Below, piece after piece: positions 52,646 to 60,141 of a DNA stretch of 64,000 bases (position 1 is its first letter; each line of letters begins with the position of its first letter). A model generated the notes under the pieces. The model did no database searches and was not told the origin of the DNA. It saw only the letters and a program-made list of their open reading frames with translations. The DNA comes from Acidobacteriota bacterium (GTDB taxonomy: Bacteria > Acidobacteriota > Vicinamibacteria > Vicinamibacterales > JAKQTR01): the NCBI GenBank assembly GCA_040752275.1, contig JBFMFH010000002.1:5958-69957 (forward strand), read 5' to 3'. The position numbers and the translations under genes were made by a program.

Positions 52646-54097
52646 ATGCGTAGGCGGATCCCGTCCGTGCCTGCGGTGACGCGTCCGCTGCGGCTGACGT
52701 GCTGCCTGCTTGTTGCCGTGGCCACGCTTGCAGCTTGCCGACCGCAGTCACCATCATCTTCGGCGGCCCAGTCACAAACTCGGGTCTCTCTCATCGTCAC
52801 GGGCGGCACCGTCGTGACCATGGATGCCCAGCGCCGGATCCTCGCGCCTGGCGCCGTCGCGATTGACGGGCCTCGCATCGTGGCGGTGGGCACGCCGGAG
52901 GAGATCGTACGACGCTACGTGGCGGCCGACACGATCCCCGCCGATGGACAGGTCGTGATGCCGGGTCTCGTCAACACCCATACCCACGCGCCGATGGTGC
53001 TCTTCCGGGGGCTGGCTGACGACCTTGCTCTGATGGATTGGTTGAACCACTACATCTTCCCGGCCGAGGCCAAGGCCGTCACGCCGGAGTTCGTCCGGAT
53101 CGGCACGCGCCTCGCCGCGCTCGAGATGATCGAGTCCGGCACGACGACCTTCACCGACATGTACTACTTCGAGGAGGAAGTCGCGCGCGCGGCCAGGGAG
53201 GCCGGCCTGCGCGGCGTGCTCGGCGAGACGATCATCGGGTTCCCGTCACCCGACGCCAAGACCCCCGCCGAGGGCCTCGCGCGCGCCGAGCGTTTCATTC
53301 TCGAATTCAAGGACGACCCCCTGATCACGGCGACCGTCGCTCCCCACGCCATGTACACGCTCGACCCGGCGTCGCTCGAAGCCTGCCGCGATCTGGCGAA
53401 CAAGTACGAGACGCCACTCATCACGCACCTGGCCGAGACCGGCGACGAGGTGCGAATCGCGCGCGAGCGGTTCGGGCGGAGTCCAGCGTCCTATCTCGAA
53501 TCGATAGGCCTGCTCAGTCCGTCGACCATCGCGGCCCACGCGGTCCATCTCACCGCCGAGGACATCGGCATCCTCGTTGGCCATGGTGTGGGCGTGTCGC
53601 ACAATCCCGAGAGCAACATGAAGCTGGCGAGCGGGACCGCACCTGTCTCGAACATGCTCGCGGCCGGCGTGCCGGTCGGACTCGGCACCGATGGCGCGGC
53701 CAGCAACAACGACCTGGACATGTTCGATGCGATGCGTGTGACGGTGCTGCTGCACAAGCTTGTCGAGAGGAACCCGAAGGCGATGCCGGCGGCGGCCGTC
53801 CTGGAGATGGCGACGCTGGGTGGAGCCCGCGCGATCGGCCAGTCGGACCGAATCGGCTCGCTCGAGCCAGGCCGGCTGGCGGACCTGATCGTCGTGAGCA
53901 TGGACTCGCCGCGTCAGACGCCGCTCTACAACGTCGTGTCCCATCTGGTATATGTGACGCGCGGAGACGACGTCAGGACCACGATCGTCAACGGCCGCGT
54001 GTTGATGCGAGACCGGGCCGTCCTCTCGATGGCCCGTGACGAGGTGCTTGCCGATGCCCGCCGGATTGCGGCAGACGTGCGGGCGGCGGTCAAGTGA
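52646..54097 (+). CDS. amidohydrolase (MtaD / 5-methylthioadenosine-SAH deaminase-like) with a lipoprotein-type leader
   Basis: Lipobox LAAC in LLVAVATLAACRP. Metal-binding GLVNTHTHAPM, plus later HAVH and GTDGAASNN motifs. Confidence 0.8.
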   Translation: MRRRIPSVPAVTRPLRLTCCLLVAVATLAACRPQSPSSSAAQSQTRVSLIVTGGTVVTMDAQRRILAPGAVAIDGPRIVAVGTPEEIVRRYVAADTIPADGQVVMPGLVNTHTHAPMVLFRGLADDLALMDWLNHYIFPAEAKAVTPEFVRIGTRLAALEMIESGTTTFTDMYYFEEEVARAAREAGLRGVLGETIIGFPSPDAKTPAEGLARAERFILEFKDDPLITATVAPHAMYTLDPASLEACRDLANKYETPLITHLAETGDEVRIARERFGRSPASYLESIGLLSPSTIAAHAVHLTAEDIGILVGHGVGVSHNPESNMKLASGTAPVSNMLAAGVPVGLGTDGAASNNDLDMFDAMRVTVLLHKLVERNPKAMPAAAVLEMATLGGARAIGQSDRIGSLEPGRLADLIVVSMDSPRQTPLYNVVSHLVYVTRGDDVRTTIVNGRVLMRDRAVLSMARDEVLADARRIAADVRAAVK

Positions 54098-54109
54098 GCT
54101 GGCAGAAGA

Positions 54110-54137
54110 CAGGAGTCAGGAGTCAGGAGTCAGGGTC
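54110..54137. repeat. heptamer tandem repeat CAGGAGT x3 plus CAGGGTC, spanning the hpt stop codon
   Basis: caggagt caggagt caggagt cagggtc. On the minus strand it encodes the hpt tail ...TLTPDS-stop. Confidence 0.7.
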
Positions 54138-54670
54138 TCCGGCGTCTCGTCCAGCACGGCCAGATACGGGAGATTGCGGTACTGCTCCGCGTAGTCGAGA
54201 CCGTACCCCACCACGAACCGGTCCTCGATCGTGAACCCGATATAGTCGACGGCAACATCCACGAGGCGCCGGGACGGCTTGCTGAGCAGGCAGGCCGTCT
54301 TGAGGGTCTTGGGCGAACGGGCGCGCAGGATCTCCTGCAGATACGCCAGGGTAAGACCGGTATCGACAATGTCCTCGACGATGATCACATTGCGACCCTC
54401 GAGACCGGAGTCCAGGTCCTTGAGCAGCCGAACCTCTCCCGACGAACTCGTGCTCTTGCCGTAGCTGGACAACGCCATGAAGTCCATCGACACGGGCCGG
54501 TCCATGGCCCGAGTCAGGTCGCTCAGGAACATGAAGGCGCCCTTCAGCACGCTCACGAAGTGCAACTGCGGGTCGCCAGCGAAGTCGGCGGAGATCTGAG
54601 CCGCCAGCTCCCGCACGCGCGTCTGGATCTGGGCCTCGGTCAACAGCACCGTCGTGGGCGTCAGCGGCAC
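54116..54670 (-). CDS. hpt: hypoxanthine phosphoribosyltransferase
   Basis: PRPP loop VIIVEDIVDTGLTL and GYGLDYAEQYRNLPY. Confidence 0.9.
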   Translation of the reverse strand: MPLTPTTVLLTEAQIQTRVRELAAQISADFAGDPQLHFVSVLKGAFMFLSDLTRAMDRPVSMDFMALSSYGKSTSSSGEVRLLKDLDSGLEGRNVIIVEDIVDTGLTLAYLQEILRARSPKTLKTACLLSKPSRRLVDVAVDYIGFTIEDRFVVGYGLDYAEQYRNLPYLAVLDETPETLTPDS

Positions 54671-54924
54671 AATCGCTCACACTAACACAAGTGCGGCGGA
54701 CCCGTCGTCTCCCCGGCCTGCACGTCTGCACGACACGTGACGACCCGGGCTGACCGCAAGAAGGGCGTGTGGCTTTGCCCGTTCTTTGGCTCCTAGTCTC
54801 GCCTGTCGCAGCCTGGTGGGGTTGAAGCCGTCTCCCGCCGATACAATGACTATATACTTGGATGGCGCGCGCGGGGGGGCGGACACAGGAGTTCCCCGCT
54901 GCCGCTTGCCTTGAGGCCTTCAGA

Positions 54925-55410
54925 ATGCAGCCGAACTCGACGGTGTGGCCATTGCTCTTCTCCTTCAGGGGCCCCGTAATGGGCCAGGGGTTTCTCGCCG
55001 TGGTCGAACTTCGCGGGCGTCTCTTGGCCCGTCAGACCGAGGACGGAATCATCTTGGACGGTGTGAATCCAGGGGGCTTCAGTTGTCAGGCACCGACGCT
55101 CGATCTGGCCAATCTTGATCTTCGCGGCACGCTGCTGGAGATACTCGCGGACGTTGCGTTCGAGGCGCCGACGTTCGATGCTTTCCGTCAGGAGGTGACA
55201 CGTTTCTTCGAAGAGACCGACGCCGAGAGTGTGGACGAATGGCAGGCCGCCGTCGATGCCTTGCGCGCGGCCCGCCTCGCCGAGCCTCCAGAGCCGTTGC
55301 CCCGTTGGCCTGCCGAGCTGGCCCTCGAGGTCCGTGTCATTGAGAAGGACCTAGCGGGCGTCGCGCCGACCGACAACGCGGGACGACCCACGCTCGCTGC
55401 GGCGGCGTAG
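54925..55410 (+). CDS. hypothetical protein (161 aa), first gene of a two-gene module
   Basis: ATG 54925 (MQPNSTVWPLLFSF...). The TAG stop is immediately followed by the ATG of the next ORF. Confidence 0.45.
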   Translation: MQPNSTVWPLLFSFRGPVMGQGFLAVVELRGRLLARQTEDGIILDGVNPGGFSCQAPTLDLANLDLRGTLLEILADVAFEAPTFDAFRQEVTRFFEETDAESVDEWQAAVDALRAARLAEPPEPLPRWPAELALEVRVIEKDLAGVAPTDNAGRPTLAAAA

Positions 55411-55650
55411 ATGGGCTCTGGTGTCCGACGCCTCGCGGACATCTGGCGCATGCTCGACGTCTGTCTGCCGGGCTATCGCCGGCAATTGAAACTCCACCGC
55501 TACTGGGTCACGCACTCCGGCCGGACGTATCGTGGCCTCCCCAAGGGGTCGCACGGATCGACGAATCCCGAGATTCACGTGTCTCATATCCGCCGTCTCG
55601 CGGCCTTCTTCAACATCGTAGCGTGCGCGGAGCGTGAACTCGGGCACTGA
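55411..55650 (+). CDS. small basic hypothetical protein (79 aa), possibly HicA/YcfA-like
   Basis: LKLHRYWVTHSGRTYRGLPKGSHGSTNPEIHVSHIRRLAAFFNI gives a weak pattern match only. Abuts the upstream stop with a 0-nt gap. Confidence 0.4.
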   Translation: MGSGVRRLADIWRMLDVCLPGYRRQLKLHRYWVTHSGRTYRGLPKGSHGSTNPEIHVSHIRRLAAFFNIVACAERELGH

Positions 55651-55659
55651 GCCAGCGTT

Positions 55660-55947
55660 TCACTCACGTCGCGGTCGTCTGTTCAGGCTCGTCGACCGCG
55701 CACGCCGGCGATGTAGCGGCGTATCGTCCGCTCGTCGAGGTGCCCAAGCGGGCTTCGGTCCCCATGTCTTGCCAGGGTGGTAATAGACCACCACCCGTCG
55801 ACGGGTGGCTGCGTTCCCACCCTTGACGTAACCCAACGTGGCCCCGGATTTCGATTCGAGTATCCAGCCGTCCCGTTCTGATGCCCGCCTGAGCGCGTCT
55901 GCGGAGAGGCTTCTTACCTGGCTCCAGACGTGTGAGGGATGGGCCAC
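55660..55947 (-). pseudogene. HicA-like toxin ORF whose 3' end runs into a remnant of an integrase C-terminus
   Basis: The N-terminal part LSADALRRASERDGWILESKSGATLGYVKGG...RRVVVYYHPGKTWGPK is HicA/YcfA-like. In another frame, 55664-55740 encodes SPLGHLDERTIRRYIAGV, which is paralogous to the integrase end at 56380-56450. Confidence 0.4.
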
Positions 55948-56333
55948 TGCAGCTCCAAGTTGCGAAGGAGGGCGCCCACGGGGACCTGGAACTGCTCGTG
56001 TTGTCTCTCCTGCTCAGTCGTCAGATCCGGGCCGATGGGGAAGGGATCCCCATGCTTGACCAGTGACATCAGATATAGCTCGACGGCTTCTTTGGCGTTC
56101 TCCAACGCCTCCGGAACGGAACCGCCGGAAACATGCAGGCCCTTCAGCGCCGGGCAGAATGCGTGAAACTCGTCGCCATCGGGCTCGACGATCACCGCCA
56201 CCGCCAGCTTGACTTGGCAGTCGGGCTGCGACGGTCTACCAAGCAGATGCAAGAGGTTCATGGTCGAAATCACCCTGTCTATCCTATATATCGTTTGACG
56301 CCTGTCAAGGATTAGCGGTTTCAGCGTCCTCAT
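55914..56333 (-). CDS. HicB-like antitoxin (UPF0150 / HicB_lk_antitox fold)
   Basis: VAVIVEPDGDEFHAFCPALKGLHVSGGSVPEALENAKEAVELYLMSLVKHGDPFP. Start is either ATG 56333 (ATGA overlap with the integrase stop) or ATG 56261. Confidence 0.6.
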   Translation of the reverse strand: MRTLKPLILDRRQTIYRIDRVISTMNLLHLLGRPSQPDCQVKLAVAVIVEPDGDEFHAFCPALKGLHVSGGSVPEALENAKEAVELYLMSLVKHGDPFPIGPDLTTEQERQHEQFQVPVGALLRNLELQWPIPHTSGAR

Positions 56334-57010
56334 TTCTTGCCCATCTGAACGGGCAGCCGATCACTCACCTTCGCCGCTGCGTCCGCCTCGAGCTCGTCGA
56401 GCACGCCGGCGAGGTAGCATAGCATCGTCCGCTCGTCCCGGTGGCCCAGTGGGCGACCGGCCAGGGACACAGATCGGGTGGTTCCGGCGACGAGCTCGGC
56501 GAACGAGTGGCGCAGCACGTAGGGCGTCACGTCCTTCGGGATGTGCAGCTTCGGGTGCCGGCGCCGGGCCGCCTTCACCGCCCGGCTGAAGACCAGCTCG
56601 AGCGTCGAGTTCGCGCACCCGCCCCAGGCCTCCGCCTCCCTGAACATCTTGAGCGCCGCGGCGCCCTGCTTCGTGACCGCGCGACGCGTCGCCACGACGC
56701 CCTGACCCTTCAGCCGTTCCGGGGCCTCGAACCGGCCCTCGTCGAGGCGCGCCAGGTGGTCCGGCCTCAGGAGCCCCTGCTGCGCCGGCGGCAGGCCCGT
56801 GTAGGCTTACACGAACAGGCAGGCCTTGGCCTTTGGACCGGGCCTTCGCGCGCGGCTTCACGTCGCGATCGGGGAGCTCGTCGAGGTTGGCGCGGATCGT
56901 GTCATAGGAGGCCCTTCGGCCGCCGCTTCGGCTCCCGGCATGCCGATGAGGACGGTCCCGAGTTGGGCGATAACCTCGACTGGTCCTCGCGTTCCTTGAC
57001 ACCGATACCG
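56330..57010 (-). pseudogene. tyrosine recombinase (phage integrase family), N-terminally truncated, frameshifted, with an in-frame TAA
   Basis: The C-terminal catalytic region is intact in one frame (TPYVLRHSFAELV...GRPLGHRDERTMLCYLAG). Upstream, ...KACLFV-TAA(56807-56809)-AYTGLPPAQQGLLRPDHL. Further upstream, SYDTIRANLDELP is in a different frame. Confidence 0.7.
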
Positions 57011-57223
57011 GTAACTAGATAACCTTGGGGTGTGCACGAAGAAAAACCGAAAGTCGCGTGCGCGATCTCTCCGGACTGGAAGAAACCCCCGGCGAGCCTG
57101 GGGCCTCGCGATGCGGCGACGGCGGCTTCCGCCTCTTCCGCCTCGGGGTGTGTTGACAACGTCCGCCGAATCTGTCACGGTCTTGCGTTGGCCGCAGCGA
57201 CCCACTCATACGACGACACACTC

Positions 57224-58213
57224 ATGGCGATCCTCCTGAATGACGTTGAGCTTAGGAAGCTGCTTGGGACTGTCATCCAGGATGGCGACGCGGAATCGAT
57301 TCGGCCGAATTCGTACGTGTTGCGTCTGGGGCCAATGGGCGAGTTTCTGAACACGGGCAAGGAATTCGAGCTGGGGGACAAGAAGAAGGGAATCCGGATT
57401 GCGCCCGGACACTCGGTCGCGGTCACTGGCCTCGAGACGATCGACTTCCGGCTAGATACGGTCAGGAAGGTATTCCCTGAAAGCGATCTCCATGGCATCG
57501 TAAGCCCAACCACCGACCTGTCACGCGAAGGGATCGTGGCTCCGACTACCCAGATTGACGCGGGCTTCTTCGGCACCCTCAATTGGACTCTCACAAATAC
57601 GTCAAGCGAGGAGCGGCGCTTCGTCCACAAGGAACGGATCTTTCGACTGGCGATCTTCAGACTCGAGAAGGACGAGCGGCCGGAGTCCCTGTACGGTGGG
57701 ACCTATCAGAGCCGGATCGGGTATGTTCGCTCTCAGCGACGAGGTGCGCCCACTGGCATGAAGGAGGTCGAGTGGGAAGATGGTCAGGCAAAGGGAAGCC
57801 CAGAGGATCTGCTCGACAATCTGGTGAAGTCTGGGTATCCGTGGCACGCGCTAGGTCAGCGGCTGATGCTGATCGACCAGCAATTCAAGTCGGTGACGCT
57901 TGAGTACGCCGATCTACGCGAGGCTATTGAGCGTCTGACTGCAGACCTTTCTGCCGTACGTGAACGTCAGGCCGGGATCAGCGACACCGTGCGCGCCGTC
58001 CTGCGGGAGGAGGCCAACGCCTTACAGAACCGATGGTTGCTCGGTTCAGGCTCCTTACTGTTCGCAGCACTCGGGGCCGGCGTGTCGATCCTCGCGAGTG
58101 ACGCTGCTCGTGGGTTTGTGACGCAATATGGCGTCATCGTTGGACTGGCGATCGTCCTGCTAAGCCTAGTAAGCCTAGGCTCTCTGTTCCTCCAATCGAG
58201 ACTGCGACGTTAG
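57224..58213 (+). CDS. dCTP deaminase/dUTPase-fold domain fused to a coiled coil and two C-terminal TM helices
   Basis: MAILLNDVELRKLLGTVIQDGDAESIRPNSYVLRLG... IAPGHSVAVTGLE...SPTTDLSREGIVAPTTQIDAGFFGTLNWTLTNTS...RIFRLAIFRLE...YGGTYQSRIG parallels E. coli Dcd as I remember it. The C-terminus has WLLGSGSLLFAALGAGVSILA and YGVIVGLAIVLLSLVSLGSLFL. The upstream 64 codons were rejected. Confidence 0.7.
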   Translation: MAILLNDVELRKLLGTVIQDGDAESIRPNSYVLRLGPMGEFLNTGKEFELGDKKKGIRIAPGHSVAVTGLETIDFRLDTVRKVFPESDLHGIVSPTTDLSREGIVAPTTQIDAGFFGTLNWTLTNTSSEERRFVHKERIFRLAIFRLEKDERPESLYGGTYQSRIGYVRSQRRGAPTGMKEVEWEDGQAKGSPEDLLDNLVKSGYPWHALGQRLMLIDQQFKSVTLEYADLREAIERLTADLSAVRERQAGISDTVRAVLREEANALQNRWLLGSGSLLFAALGAGVSILASDAARGFVTQYGVIVGLAIVLLSLVSLGSLFLQSRLRR

Positions 58214-58443
58214 TGCCCCGACGGTTTCTTCCACGTTGTGCAAGCGAGGCGGTCGGCAATGTGCGTCATGAACGTAGGCCGACCGTGCGGCAACGGCACT
58301 GTGGATTATCGCGGCACTCCTCTACTTGCACCTGTTCAAGTGAGAGGTGAGCTGCCGCTTCGGTTCGTTCTTGGCTTGGCTGCCGAGGGTCCTACCAGAA
58401 TCGGGCCCGGGTGGGTGAGGTACGGGTTGTCCTGGGTGTCACA

Positions 58444-58462
58444 GGACGTCACCGGACGTCAC
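58444..58462. repeat. tandem GGACGTCAC x2 (10-bp period) near the tRNA-Gly 3' end
   Basis: acaGGACGTCACcGGACGTCACac. A second tandem, GATTGCGG x2, lies at 58519-58535. Confidence 0.5.
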
Positions 58463-58548
58463 ACAACCTGTGGAAAACCGACACGGCGCGACGCGCGAAA
58501 CCGGGCCAGTTCCTGCTGGATTGCGGGGATTGCGGCGCGAAGGTAGGG

Positions 58549-58622
58549 TGGAGCGGGCTACGGGGATCGAACCCGTGTGGCTGGCTTGGGAAGCCAGAGC
58601 ATTACCACTATGCTAAGCCCGC
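58549..58622 (-). tRNA. tRNA-Gly (anticodon CCC), CCA encoded
   Basis: Hand-folded: acceptor GCGGGCT/AGCCCGC, D stem GCAT/ATGC, anticodon stem CTGGC/GCCAG with loop TTCCCAA, T arm ACGGG-TTCGATC-CCCGT, discriminator T, CCA. Confidence 0.9.
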
Positions 58623-58764
58623 AACCGGCATTCAGCCGAAGCCCACACCCTCGGCCAGCGACTTATTCTAGCAGAACGCAAGTTGGTTGTGAGGCGCTCC
58701 GCGTCGGCTCTCCGACGCGGCCCTGGCGGTGGCGGACGGGCAGGACACGACCCGCGCCCGCCCC

Positions 58765-60120
58765 TCACGACCGGATGAAGCCCAGAATCTCGTCGCGGCG
58801 CGCCTCCATCTCGGCGCGGGTCGTGGCTTCGAGATTCAGCCGCAGCAGCGGCTCGGTGTTCGACGGGCGCACGTTGCAGTGCCACGTCGCCGCCTCCACC
58901 GAGACTCCGTCCATCCGGTAGACGTGGGCGTCCTTGTAGCGCTCGGCCAGCGCGTCCAGCTTGGCCTCGACCGCCTCCATCGAGCGGACCTTCGTATTGA
59001 TCTCCCCGGAAATGAAGTACTTCGCCCGCAGCGGCTCGAGCAGCTCGTGCAGTGACTGGCCCTTCTGGGACATCAGCTCCAGGATCAGCAGCGCAGGGAT
59101 GAAGCCGTTGTCCGCGTAGAAGTTGTCTCGGAAGTAGTAGTGGCCGGTCACCTCGCCGCCGAAGACGGCGTTTTCCGCGCGCATCCGCTTCTTGAAGAAG
59201 GCGTGCCCCACGCGGTTCATGAGTGCGCGCCCGCCGTACTGCACGATGGTGTCCTTCACCGCATAGCTGGCTCGCACGTCGTAGACAATGGCAGACTGTG
59301 CATCCCGGCGGAGGAACGCTTCGGCCAGCAGCGCCGTCACGAAGTCCCCAGGGATGAACTCTCCATGCCGGTCGATGAAGAAGCAGCGGTCGGCATCGCC
59401 GTCCCACGCAATCCCGATGTCGGCGCCCAGTTCGACGACCTTGCCGACGATGTCCCGGCGGTTCTCCTCGATGAGGGGGTTGGCCTCGTGGTTCGGGAAG
59501 GTGCCGTCAATCTTGAAACACAGCCGAGTCGTCCTGCACGGCAGGCGGTCGAAGAGCGGCGGCGCCACGAGCCCGCCCATGCCGCTGCCGGCGTCGAGCA
59601 CCACGTCGAACGGCCGGACGACGCACGGATCGATGAACGACATGACGTGATCGACATAGTGGCCGAGGAGGGTGGCATCCTCCGTCAGCGTGCCGCGCGC
59701 CGCGGCTGCAGGGATGGTGCCCCGGCAGACCATCTCCTGGATCTGCCCGATGCCGGCATCGCCGCTGAGCGGGAACGCCTCGGCCCGGACCATCTTCATG
59801 CCGTTGTATTCCTTCGGGTTGTGCGAGGCGGTGATCTCGACGCCCCCGTCGTGGCCGTCTCTGGCCACGCCGAAGTAGAGCATGTCGGTCGCAATCAACC
59901 CATAGTCGACCACATCGGCGCCCTGCGCACGGGCGCCATCGATGAAGGCGGCCGCGATGCCGGGCGACGATAGCCGCATGTCGCGGCCGACCGCGATTCG
60001 TCTCGCGCCCAGGTAGGCGATGAAGGCCCGGCCGATGTCGCGGGCGATCCCTTCGTTGACCTCAGCCGGGTACACGCCACGAACGTCGTACGCCTTGAAG
60101 ATCCCCGGACTTGCCGTCAT
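58765..60120 (-). CDS. phosphomannomutase/phosphoglucomutase
   Basis: FKAYDVRGVY and the phosphoserine loop TASHNPKEYNGMK. Confidence 0.9.
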   Translation of the reverse strand: MTASPGIFKAYDVRGVYPAEVNEGIARDIGRAFIAYLGARRIAVGRDMRLSSPGIAAAFIDGARAQGADVVDYGLIATDMLYFGVARDGHDGGVEITASHNPKEYNGMKMVRAEAFPLSGDAGIGQIQEMVCRGTIPAAAARGTLTEDATLLGHYVDHVMSFIDPCVVRPFDVVLDAGSGMGGLVAPPLFDRLPCRTTRLCFKIDGTFPNHEANPLIEENRRDIVGKVVELGADIGIAWDGDADRCFFIDRHGEFIPGDFVTALLAEAFLRRDAQSAIVYDVRASYAVKDTIVQYGGRALMNRVGHAFFKKRMRAENAVFGGEVTGHYYFRDNFYADNGFIPALLILELMSQKGQSLHELLEPLRAKYFISGEINTKVRSMEAVEAKLDALAERYKDAHVYRMDGVSVEAATWHCNVRPSNTEPLLRLNLEATTRAEMEARRDEILGFIRS

Positions 60121-60141
60121 GACCGTCGTCTCCGCACCTGC

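Larger units (their letters stand above)
54800..58548. mobile_element. decayed integrative island next to tRNA-Gly(CCC); left border approximate
   Basis: One frameshifted, stop-containing tyrosine integrase plus a second integrase 3' remnant. Toxin-antitoxin-like modules and lower-G+C cargo lie between the housekeeping gene hpt and a tRNA. No tRNA-derived direct repeat was found by eye. Confidence 0.55.

Noticed and set aside
57032-57223. 64-codon N-terminal extension of the Dcd-fold ORF from GTG 57032.
   Set aside because: The Dcd fold begins exactly at MAILLNDVE (ATG 57224), matching canonical Dcd N-termini. The extension overlaps integrase-derived sequence and looks non-coding. Neither start has a visible SD, so some uncertainty remains.
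58238-58546. 102-aa ORF between the Dcd-fold gene and tRNA-Gly.
   Set aside because: It has no SD and an arbitrary composition, and it spans the tandem-repeat region next to the tRNA. It is more likely non-coding att-flanking DNA.
54671-58548. Search for a tRNA-Gly-derived direct repeat (att) to delimit the second island.
   Set aside because: No convincing copy of the tRNA-Gly 3' end was found by eye between hpt and the tRNA. The left boundary is therefore only approximate, and the element is called a decayed island rather than a bounded one.
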